Shown in pieces: positions 15,379 through 23,404 of a stretch of DNA of 32,000 bases (its first letter is position 1; every line of letters begins with the position of its first letter). Made by a program: the position numbers and the translations under genes. Source of the stretch: a virus; IMG/VR virus record IMGVR_UViG_3300045988_011936, positions 1 through 32,000 of that record, one strand, 5' to 3'. The notes beneath the pieces were generated by a model. It did no database searches. It saw only the letters and a program-made list of their open reading frames with translations, and was not told where the DNA came from.

Positions 15379-16311
15379 CTATACTCCTACTGGTTGGATA
15401 GCCGCAAATGCTTCATCGTTTGGAATCGCTACGGCGATTTCAAAGATTGCACGGAGTGCTTGCATGTCTTGTTCAAACAAGTGAACGTCACCAGAATCAA
15501 GTGTGCCATCGTTTTGAACTTTAGACAAAGTAGCTTGGTCTGCGATTTTAAGGCGCAAGTTAGTGCCGTTTGGAATACCGTACACCAAGCCGTTGAAGTT
15601 ACCAGTAATCAATGTACCTGCTGGGTAAGTTTGGCCGTCTTGCAATTGAAGTTGAGAATATGGAAGACCATCAAGCTCACCGATTGCGTTAGGGTTAGCT
15701 GGCTTAGTGAAGATGTGTTGACCACCGTTCACGCTGTCCACGATTCCACGGAGTGTGCGGTTGATTGTGCGGTGCCCCACGAATGCGTTAGGTTCTTTTT
15801 CTGACTTGTCCTCAACATCGTAGATATTATTGAGGTTGATGTCACCAGATACGATGTTCTGAGCACGTTTAGCAGACGCCAAAACGTTAGCGCCGAATGG
15901 GTTGTTATACAAGCCAAGGAACGCCGCCCCGTCGATTTTCTTGTTGAACAAGTCAACAATCTTGTCTTTGATCGATTCAAAGAAGTTAGTCCAAGTGTAG
16001 TTGAGGACTTCTTCTGTAACTGGCAAGATAACTGCCAATTTACGAGATTCAAGAACGTAAGATTTAGTTTGTACTTTTGCAGTACCGATTTTTTGACCTT
16101 CACCAACAAAGTAAGCGTCTGTCAATTGACCAACTTCTACGCCTTTACGAACCATTTTACCGTTCATTTCAACTTTTTGACCAAGCTGAATGACTTTTGA
16201 AGTTTTTACAAGTTCGTCAGTGAATAGATCAGTGATGTATTCTGATGTAATCTCTTTTCCAAGAGAATCAGACAAGAGGACTGTGTCCGGATTGAATTTT
16301 TGTTGAGCCAT
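15379..16311 (-). CDS. Major capsid protein (HK97 fold)
   Basis: 310 aa following the scaffold gene. The C-terminal LFEQDMQALRAIFEIAV pattern is typical of the Phage_capsid family. Confidence 0.85.
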   Translation of the reverse strand: MAQQKFNPDTVLLSDSLGKEITSEYITDLFTDELVKTSKVIQLGQKVEMNGKMVRKGVEVGQLTDAYFVGEGQKIGTAKVQTKSYVLESRKLAVILPVTEEVLNYTWTNFFESIKDKIVDLFNKKIDGAAFLGLYNNPFGANVLASAKRAQNIVSGDINLNNIYDVEDKSEKEPNAFVGHRTINRTLRGIVDSVNGGQHIFTKPANPNAIGELDGLPYSQLQLQDGQTYPAGTLITGNFNGLVYGIPNGTNLRLKIADQATLSKVQNDGTLDSGDVHLFEQDMQALRAIFEIAVAIPNDEAFAAIQPVGV

Positions 16312-16329
16312 GCGCTCTCCTTTCTTAGT

Positions 16330-16881
16330 TTAGAAATTAGTGATTTTGGCTTTATCAAACTTGTCTTTTCCACGGTGAGAACGCCCTTCCTCTCCACCAC
16401 TAGTGCGAGGTGGTAGAGCTTTAGCTTCTTCTCGTTTCTGCAAGTTTAGGATGTTAGCCATGTTTGAAACAGCTAGCTTAGTAGCTTCTTCATCGCCTTT
16501 GACTACGAATGCAAGCGTTGACTCATTGACAGGCACGCCTTGAGCTTCGAGCTCTTTAATAGCGATATCCTGCATTTGACGTTGAACGATCTGAGCTTGA
16601 AGTGCTGCAATTGTGCTCTGGGCTTCTTCGAATTCTTTATCCCGCTGTTTCTGTTGCAGCTCTTGAAGTTCTTCTTCACTCATTTTAGCTTTAGCAACAG
16701 CTTCCTCGATTTTTGCTTGAATACCGGTTTGCATATCAGCAATTTCAAGAGTGTGTTTCTCTTCCATCTGTTTGAGTCTACGCTGCATTTCAGCAACTGA
16801 CACCATCTTCTCCTCTTTTTCTGGTTGGCTAGCTTCAACCTCTTGAGGATTCTCAACTGTTTCAAGTTCTTTTTCTGCCAT
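16330..16881 (-). CDS. Scaffolding protein (DUF4355-like)
   Basis: 183 aa, highly charged coiled coil (E/K/Q-rich), upstream of the capsid gene. Confidence 0.75.
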   Translation of the reverse strand: MAEKELETVENPQEVEASQPEKEEKMVSVAEMQRRLKQMEEKHTLEIADMQTGIQAKIEEAVAKAKMSEEELQELQQKQRDKEFEEAQSTIAALQAQIVQRQMQDIAIKELEAQGVPVNESTLAFVVKGDEEATKLAVSNMANILNLQKREEAKALPPRTSGGEEGRSHRGKDKFDKAKITNF

Positions 16882-16967
16882 GATAGGCTCCTTTCTTTAC
16901 GCTTTTACGAGCAACCCCCTCGAACTCATGCAGCTTTTAACGTCCTCAGCACGGTCTGGACAAGAGC

Positions 16968-17924
16968 TTACTCGCCCCAAACACCGTTAACAGCTTCTTC
17001 GTCAAGAGTGCTGCCACCAGCTTTATATTCCATTTTGATATGTCCATACGCTGAACAGCGACAGTTAGGGTGCATTGGGTACATGTTAACCCCTTTCTCT
17101 GCCTTGTTGATTGGTATGGCCTTCCTATCAAGGGGCTTACAGATATCACAAGCCCCACTTTCAGCAACATAGATTAAATGTGTGAAGTCATTCTCCTTCA
17201 GCATCATCAATTCTGTATCAGCATTAATGCGAGCTATTTCGGTCTTGAGCAATCGTTGGGCGTTGGCTTGGCTTGTGTTATATTTCTTAGCTAATCGTTG
17301 CCGTTCCTGCTTAAAACCGTCCATGTCGGTGAAGATACGTGCTAACGAGCTAAACACATCCTTCTGCATGTTTGCATGAAGTCCGTTCCTGCCCCAAACT
17401 CTGCGACTAAAATTCTGACCGTAGAAATCAGCGTCTAAAATTGCTCTCATACGACTTACCGCATTGACAGCAGAATTGCCTAAGATACCCGCTTGGCGCT
17501 TAAATTCAGCTAAATATTCACTCTCACGCGCTTTATCGAAGACTTCGTTAACATCTGATATAAGACTAGCTATTTCAAGCCTTAATTCTGCTTTGAGTAG
17601 CTCCAACCGACTGACTTTCATTTTTAAGTTAAACAGTCTTAGCCATTGATTAGTGCCGTGTGAGAAGTCCTTCTCGACTACTGCCTTTCTAGCTCGGTCT
17701 CTGTACTCAGTAACATCGAACTCACTAGCTCGTTTCATCGCTTCAGCACGGCTTAGCCCCTCTTTGTCAGCATATCGCATGTAAAACCCGTTTATTTGGC
17801 TTTGCATACGGTTATATGACGCTTGATAGAGCTCTTTTAAGACCTTGTCACGCTCTATGTCGCGCTTAATTAGGTCTGATTGTGCTTTTCGTTCAGCATT
17901 GTAGCGTTCATTATTCGTCATCAT
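16968..17924 (-). CDS. Minor head / head morphogenesis protein (SPP1 gp7, Mu F family)
   Basis: The C-terminal CDICKPL...MHPNCRCS motif fits the family. Start placed at the ATG with an AGGTG RBS. The track ORF begins 9 nt further upstream at a GTG. Confidence 0.8.
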   Translation of the reverse strand: MMTNNERYNAERKAQSDLIKRDIERDKVLKELYQASYNRMQSQINGFYMRYADKEGLSRAEAMKRASEFDVTEYRDRARKAVVEKDFSHGTNQWLRLFNLKMKVSRLELLKAELRLEIASLISDVNEVFDKARESEYLAEFKRQAGILGNSAVNAVSRMRAILDADFYGQNFSRRVWGRNGLHANMQKDVFSSLARIFTDMDGFKQERQRLAKKYNTSQANAQRLLKTEIARINADTELMMLKENDFTHLIYVAESGACDICKPLDRKAIPINKAEKGVNMYPMHPNCRCSAYGHIKMEYKAGGSTLDEEAVNGVWGE

Positions 17925-19410
17925 CCTCAACACCTACAATCTGGCTAACTTCTAGATCAGTAGCCCCGCCTTCTTTGAGCAAACGGCTCTTTTCTTTGCG
18001 AGCGTCTGTGAAGCTAGCTGATTCCATAAGCGTCTCTTGTGAGATTTCCATACCCGAATTGATAGCAGATTGAATCTCAGCCCATACATCCGTTGGTAGG
18101 TTCTCATGGAACGTAAATGTCAGCATGTCAGCATCCACTGGTTCGATACCTTTGAGATTGTTAGATAGCAACTCAAGCAGCTTATAGCGTCGTCTGAGCG
18201 CCTTGACAAAGAACCCACGCTTAACGGCTGTAACCTGCTGCAAGTCAACGAGCTTGTAGCGGATAGCAATCCCAGACGTAGCTGAGAAAGTCGAATCGTC
18301 TTGCAAGTTAGGCAACCCAACAATGCGGAAGAAGTCTTTAATCAAACGTGACTTATACGCTTCAACGCCGCTGACATCATATTGTTTGTAGATATAACCG
18401 GCATCTAACGACGTTTGCTGTCCGCTGTGTCCGACACCGCTCTCAAGCACTAGCATGTTAGCGTGTTTCATTTTCATGATGTCAGACGCATTCATGCCGG
18501 TACTTTCAACGTCACCCTTGATAACAAGCATGGCATCGTTAAGGTCTGACATGTAGTTAGCCGTGTCTGACTCTGCTGCGTCGTAAGCGTCGATGATTGG
18601 AATGCCCTTTTCCCAGTCTCCCGAACGCTCTCGGTTATTCTGCCATTCAACCACTGGCACCATTCCGAACGGGTTTCCTTTGCGTTCGATTTCCTGCCAG
18701 TTTGGGTCATAGCTAACAATTTTGTTGTCGGTGTATACCGTGACAAACATTTCACCGTTGTACACCGGACAATGAACAGCCGCAATGATATCCTTTCGGA
18801 CGTCTGCACTGCGAATTGTGAACATCTCTCTTGCGTCAATCAAGACCACTGCAGGATTGCCAAACTCGTCATAATAATGCAGCTCAAATGCTCGTCCAAA
18901 GCGTGAAGCGTCATAGACCAGCTCACGGTTAAGAGCTTCAATGTCGTTGTAAGCGTTGAAGCCATCAATAGCCGTCAAGTCGCTGTTAGTATCGGTAGCA
19001 CCGATTGAAATAGGTTGCCCTACTGTGTAACCAGTGAAGAAACGGCTAGCTTGTCCGCCTAAGTCGTGCCTAATACGGTAGTCGGCTTTCTCTGGCTCTA
19101 GTCGTTTGCGCCCGTTTAGAATCGTGTAATTGTTCCCGTTTGAGTAGCTCTCTAGGATATTCAAGCGGTCTACCTGCTCGTCTTGAAACTGAGCCACCAT
19201 CTTCTCTAACTTCTCTCGCCCTTGAAACGTGTCCACTAGGTCATCCGCTGATTGAGCCATGAAGTGGGTGTTAGCTTCTTTGGGAAAATGAAGGAAGTCT
19301 TCACGTTTCTGCAAGCTAGTCGGTTCCATGTCTCGCTCGAATTGGTATGATCTAGGAATGTACTGTCCTTCATGTAAAATGTCGTCAGCACTATGTGTTG
19401 TGTTCGTCAT
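17911..19410 (-). CDS. Portal protein (SPP1 gp6-like)
   Basis: 499 aa, immediately after TerL, with an acidic C-terminus. Confidence 0.9.
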   Translation of the reverse strand: MTNTTHSADDILHEGQYIPRSYQFERDMEPTSLQKREDFLHFPKEANTHFMAQSADDLVDTFQGREKLEKMVAQFQDEQVDRLNILESYSNGNNYTILNGRKRLEPEKADYRIRHDLGGQASRFFTGYTVGQPISIGATDTNSDLTAIDGFNAYNDIEALNRELVYDASRFGRAFELHYYDEFGNPAVVLIDAREMFTIRSADVRKDIIAAVHCPVYNGEMFVTVYTDNKIVSYDPNWQEIERKGNPFGMVPVVEWQNNRERSGDWEKGIPIIDAYDAAESDTANYMSDLNDAMLVIKGDVESTGMNASDIMKMKHANMLVLESGVGHSGQQTSLDAGYIYKQYDVSGVEAYKSRLIKDFFRIVGLPNLQDDSTFSATSGIAIRYKLVDLQQVTAVKRGFFVKALRRRYKLLELLSNNLKGIEPVDADMLTFTFHENLPTDVWAEIQSAINSGMEISQETLMESASFTDARKEKSRLLKEGGATDLEVSQIVGVEDDDE

Positions 19411-19411
19411 T

Positions 19412-20686
19412 CTATCTCCTTATCAATTTGTTAACCCGTCTAATCTTAGCGTCTACATCCTGCCTATCCTTGACGAAAATAAGGTTCTGCAGTGCGTACC
19501 TAATCGCATCGATACAGTGGTTATAGCTATCGCATGGCTTGTTGATGTACTCGTTTGTATACTTATCTTTCTGCCATGTATAGTTTTCAAGCTCTTCAAT
19601 CGTCTTGACGCATCTTTCATCAACGATTATGTCGAATTGCTGCAGGAACTGAATCCCTTGTAGAACTGAGCCTTTGCCCTTGTCTACCGGAATAGCTCGA
19701 CGCAAGCCCAGCGTTTGCAATTCAGCAATGGATTTCTGTTCCGCCGAGTCGGCCATAATCACCTCTTTTGAATAACCAAGGCTAGTAATAGCTTCTGCTA
19801 TCTGGTTGTTAAGCAAGCCCTTTTTGACATACTCCTCTAGGATATATAGCCGCTTATTCTCTCGGTCTATTTTGACGTGCATAAACGCCGTGGGGTCGTT
19901 TGTAAAACCAAAGTCAAGACCAAAAAAGGACGGTAGCTGTTTAAGCTCGTCCTTATTGAGTAATTTCTTTTCGTACTTTGGAAATACTAACTTATCGAGG
20001 GTGGCAAACTCACCCAAAGCATAGATTTTGTAGTAGGCTTCGTTTCGGTTGGCTAGCTCCTCGATATTCTCCTTGGTCAAGTCATCCAGAAAGCGATTAT
20101 CCTTGTACGTCGTTTGATAAACCACTGTATTCTTAGGGCTCTTCACAAAGAATGCGTTATATACCCAGTTGGCCTTAGACACTGGGTTGAACATCAAATA
20201 GATTTGTTTTTGTTTGTGAGCCTTGTCCCTCAAGCGAAGTGTTAGCTGTGTGTAATCATCAAGCGTAAACTCTGACGCTTCTTCCATCACAACGTCTGAA
20301 ATGCCTTTGATAGACTTGATTTTCTCTGGGTTATCCATCCCTTTAAAAATCAGTTCGGCTCCGTTTGGTAATTCAATACGAAATGCGCTCATGTTAACCT
20401 TGCATAGATTAAGCACACCAAAGTAAGACAAAGCTGCTAGCACGTCCGCAAACACCGAATCACGAACCGTAGAGCCTACTTTTCGCAATATCAATATTTT
20501 GCGAGGCTTGTCCCAACTCTTTAAGGCTTTGAGGACTATCTTCTGGAAGACTCCGTGGCTTTTGCCGCTAGAAGCTCCGCCGTAATGGACCTCAGTAAAC
20601 GTGTCATAATCAAACAAATGTTCATAGATATGCCGATTAAACACCCTACTTGGATTGATTTCAAGATTAATCGTCATCCCATTCAC
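19412..20686 (-). CDS. terL: Terminase large subunit (PBSX / Terminase_3-like)
   Basis: Walker A GGASSGKS near the N-terminus. 424 aa at the canonical position. Confidence 0.92.
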   Translation of the reverse strand: MNGMTINLEINPSRVFNRHIYEHLFDYDTFTEVHYGGASSGKSHGVFQKIVLKALKSWDKPRKILILRKVGSTVRDSVFADVLAALSYFGVLNLCKVNMSAFRIELPNGAELIFKGMDNPEKIKSIKGISDVVMEEASEFTLDDYTQLTLRLRDKAHKQKQIYLMFNPVSKANWVYNAFFVKSPKNTVVYQTTYKDNRFLDDLTKENIEELANRNEAYYKIYALGEFATLDKLVFPKYEKKLLNKDELKQLPSFFGLDFGFTNDPTAFMHVKIDRENKRLYILEEYVKKGLLNNQIAEAITSLGYSKEVIMADSAEQKSIAELQTLGLRRAIPVDKGKGSVLQGIQFLQQFDIIVDERCVKTIEELENYTWQKDKYTNEYINKPCDSYNHCIDAIRYALQNLIFVKDRQDVDAKIRRVNKLIRR

Positions 20687-21098
20687 CTACCGAGATACTG
20701 AAATCTTGTCTTGTTTTATCGCCTGAAATAACGCTGCGTTTTTTATCGTTTTCAAGTTGGATAGATATAATGCGCTCACGCTGTTCTTTGCGATCCAAGC
20801 TGTCCTTGGTATCAATGGCGACCAGTCTAGCGATTTGTTCAAACGCCTTGACGTTACCCTTCATGGCTTTTTGCATCATTACCATAGCTAACGCCATTTC
20901 ATTCGTAGCTTCGAAACCGAGCGCTTCAAGTTGCTTTGATATGTTTTCGTTCGCTACGTCGGCTTTTAGAATAGTGTTAAATGCCCTTTTTAGGTCCGCT
21001 TTTCTACGTCTAGCCTTGCCTGAAGCTATGCCGCCTTTTCTTCCTAATTCTCGCGCTTCCTCCGAGCTTGGGACCCTTAGGTTTTGTTCATTCGCCAT
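20667..21098 (-). CDS. terS: Putative terminase small subunit
   Basis: 143 aa overlapping the TerL start. Basic N-terminal GRKGGIASGKARRRK motif as seen in small terminases of related phages. Confidence 0.6.
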   Translation of the reverse strand: MANEQNLRVPSSEEARELGRKGGIASGKARRRKADLKRAFNTILKADVANENISKQLEALGFEATNEMALAMVMMQKAMKGNVKAFEQIARLVAIDTKDSLDRKEQRERIISIQLENDKKRSVISGDKTRQDFSISVGEWDDD

Positions 21099-21116
21099 CG
21101 CCTCACTTCCTATCGT

Positions 21117-22391
21117 TTAGTTTATTTTTTCAGCTTTCAGTCCGGTTTCTTCTTCCCATCGTTTAATTGTGCGCTCGACATATACCGGGTCAAGTTCCAT
21201 CCCGTAATAAATACGTTCCGTCTTCTCGCAAACCATCAAAGTGGAACCCCCGCCGTTGAAACTATCCAGCACGCGCTCGCCTTTTTTACTAGAATTAAGG
21301 ACGCACCTAGCAATCAATTTCAATGGTTTCATGGTTGGGTGAATATCACTTCTAACTGGTTTATCCTCGTAGAAAATGCTGGTTGGACTGTTTTCTTGCA
21401 TCGTCTTGATATAAGAAATAAGCTCCCCTTTAGTCATTTCTTTCAGGTTTTCTTCATCTTCTTCGATGACTGTAGCTAACGAGCGGTTATCAATAAAGTA
21501 ATGTGAAGCGCCATCTTTCCACCCGTAGAGACACGGTTCATGTTTCCATTGATAGTCTTGGCGACCTAAAACAATGCTGTTCTTAACCCAGACAAGGTTC
21601 TGTTTCAGCAACCACCCTGTCTCCTTAACGGCTGCTCTGAAATTTAACCCTTCACTATCTGCGTGCCATATATAGAACGCTCCGCCCGGTTTTAGGTGTT
21701 GATCAGCTACCTCGAATGCATCTCTCAGGAATTTGCGAAAGCTTGCGTCATCCATGCTGTCGTTCTGGATTGTCATAGCTTCTTCGGTTTTACCCTCGTA
21801 AGCGACATTATACGGTGGGTCAGTAACGTAGAGGTCTATCTTTTCGCCGTTGACAAGCTCCTTCATATCCCCTGCTGATGTACTGTCCCCACACATCAAG
21901 CGATGTCGTCCTAGTTGGTAAATATCCCCGTACTCTACTGATGAAACCGAATCGCCTTCGCTTTCGATTTCATCTTCTGAAATATCGGTGCCGGTTTCTT
22001 CGTCTTCAAAATCATCCAATGTATAATCGCTGTCCGTGAATCCAAAAAGTGTCATGTCAAGATTGTCGACGCTCTCGATTTCACTCAATAACAGTTCAAT
22101 ATCCCATTGAGCTATTTCTGCGACTTTGTTGTCAGCTAGTCTGAACGCTCTGACCTGTTCTTCTGTTAAATCATCCGCAATAATTACTGGAACAGTCTTT
22201 AATTTTAGTTTTTTAGCGGCTTTCCAGCGCGTATGTCCATTGATAATCTCGCCGTCTGGCGTTGCCACAATTGGCACTTTGAAGCCAAACTCACTGATGG
22301 AATTAGCAACTGGCTCAACCGCTTCATCATTATTTCTTGGATTGTTCTCATAAGGGGTTAACCACCCTAACGGTTTGTCATAGATCTGCAT
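21117..22391 (-). CDS. ParB-like nuclease domain fused to a DNA methyltransferase (N4/N6 MTase family, beta class, probably N6-adenine)
   Basis: The N-terminus (PYENNPRNNDEAVEPVANSISEFGF..INGHTRWKAAKKL) is ParB/Srx-like. Motif IV is VTDPPYNV (coding DNA 21801-21830). Motif I (DSFNGGGST) lies near the C-terminus, giving the IV-before-I order. Confidence 0.85.
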   Translation of the reverse strand: MQIYDKPLGWLTPYENNPRNNDEAVEPVANSISEFGFKVPIVATPDGEIINGHTRWKAAKKLKLKTVPVIIADDLTEEQVRAFRLADNKVAEIAQWDIELLLSEIESVDNLDMTLFGFTDSDYTLDDFEDEETGTDISEDEIESEGDSVSSVEYGDIYQLGRHRLMCGDSTSAGDMKELVNGEKIDLYVTDPPYNVAYEGKTEEAMTIQNDSMDDASFRKFLRDAFEVADQHLKPGGAFYIWHADSEGLNFRAAVKETGWLLKQNLVWVKNSIVLGRQDYQWKHEPCLYGWKDGASHYFIDNRSLATVIEEDEENLKEMTKGELISYIKTMQENSPTSIFYEDKPVRSDIHPTMKPLKLIARCVLNSSKKGERVLDSFNGGGSTLMVCEKTERIYYGMELDPVYVERTIKRWEEETGLKAEKIN

Positions 22392-22403
22392 GTTTTCCTC
22401 ACA

Positions 22404-22472
22404 ATAAAAAAAGAGACTTAATAGTTATTAAGCCCCACTTTGTAATCAAAGCGATTTATAAGTCTCTTTTTG
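22404..22472 (-). terminator. Long-loop hairpin with flanking A and T runs, just upstream of the late operon RBS
   Basis: Perfect 9-bp inverted repeat AAGAGACTT (22411-22419) / AAGTCTCTT (22460-22468) with a 40-nt spacer that contains the inner hairpin CTTTG-ATTA-CAAAG. On the minus strand it is followed by TTTTTTT. Confidence 0.4.
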
Positions 22473-22567
22473 TTCATGTTATTTCAAAGCAATCACCCTC
22501 TTTCAAGGTACGATGCTATAATTATCAATACTAATATTATACCGTCGTTATACCGCTATATTCTCGC

Positions 22568-23017
22568 TTATTCTTCGCAATAATCTCCTGAAAATACCAG
22601 ACATTCGCCGTTTCTGTAGTTCTCAGCAAACTCTAAAATGGCTAATTCTCTCATCCGGTAATATTCACTTTCAGAATATCCAAGATCCATATAGACCTCG
22701 ATATTGTACTGCTTACGATTCCTGCAATAACACTCTATCAAAATTTGGCTGTAATGCCGGTCTGATAATGCGTTAATAGCTCTAACAATAGCTTGTAAAT
22801 CTTGTTCAGCGGCCACCTTGCGTGTTACCATGCTTTCGGTTTGGCTGTGAACCATGCCGTCGAATGACTTGGGTTCTAACGAGAATGAAGCTGTCACCTT
22901 CGGGGCGTATTCCAAGCCCGCTATCCGTGTTAGCATGCGATACCTTCTTAGTACCTTTATAGCTTTCTTTTTGGTTGCGGTTTTATCTATTTCCGCAAAT
23001 AGATTGATACTTGCCAT
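22568..23017 (-). CDS. ArpU-family late transcription regulator
   Basis: 149 aa lying just upstream of the packaging genes. The overall sequence pattern (..AIKVLRRYRML......SQILIECY...) matches ArpU/sigma-region-4-like phage regulators. Confidence 0.78.
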   Translation of the reverse strand: MASINLFAEIDKTATKKKAIKVLRRYRMLTRIAGLEYAPKVTASFSLEPKSFDGMVHSQTESMVTRKVAAEQDLQAIVRAINALSDRHYSQILIECYCRNRKQYNIEVYMDLGYSESEYYRMRELAILEFAENYRNGECLVFSGDYCEE

Positions 23018-23032
23018 GACACCCCTCTTGTA

Positions 23033-23090
23033 TGATATAATAGTTGTATCGTGTTCAAAGAGTGCCGGCCATCGTGTCGGTCTTTTTTGT
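23033..23090 (+). ncRNA. Putative plus-strand RNA of about 40 nt, antisense to the arpU leader
   Basis: Exact extended -10 TGATATAAT (23033-23041), with TTGCCA 19 nt upstream. It is followed by the hairpin CCGGC(23065-23069)/GTCGG(23076-23080) and a T6 run (23083-23088). Confidence 0.25.
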
Positions 23091-23373
23091 TTGGCCCAAA
23101 AAACATTAAGAAGTTTTATAAGAGAAAGATTAATGTATTTGTTTTGGGTTGTCTCTTGAGCCTTTTATCACCTCCTTCTAGCCATCGACACCAGCAAGAT
23201 CTTTGGCTTTTGATTAGTAATGCGATATCGATAAGAAAGAGGGTGTTTCACATCCTTTTTTCTTAAATTTGCTGGGTTTTGTTTGAGCAAGGTCTGTCAG
23301 CTTGCTCGATGTTGAAAAGTGTCCAAGCCACTAAAAATCTATATCCATTTTTTAGTGTAATTTGACAGACGAT

Positions 23374-23404
23374 AGCTAGCAAGGGAGTCGAACCCTCACT
23401 AGCT
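23374..23404 (-). other. tRNA-like acceptor/T-arm minihelix (not a full tRNA)
   Basis: Minus strand AGCTAGT-GAGGG-TTCGACT-CCCTT-GCTAGCT. A 7-bp stem stacks on a 5-bp stem with a 7-nt loop, and GGTTCGACTCC matches the tRNA B-box/T-loop consensus. It begins inside the TAG stop of the upstream ORF. No D arm or anticodon arm is present. Confidence 0.4.

Noticed and set aside
22854-23266. Plus-strand ORFs (101 aa and 71 aa) spanning the arpU start and the non-coding region.
   Set aside because: No RBS, and they are antisense to arpU. The strong SD-like AGGAGG in this region is on the minus strand and has no start codon. The region is treated as non-coding and structured.
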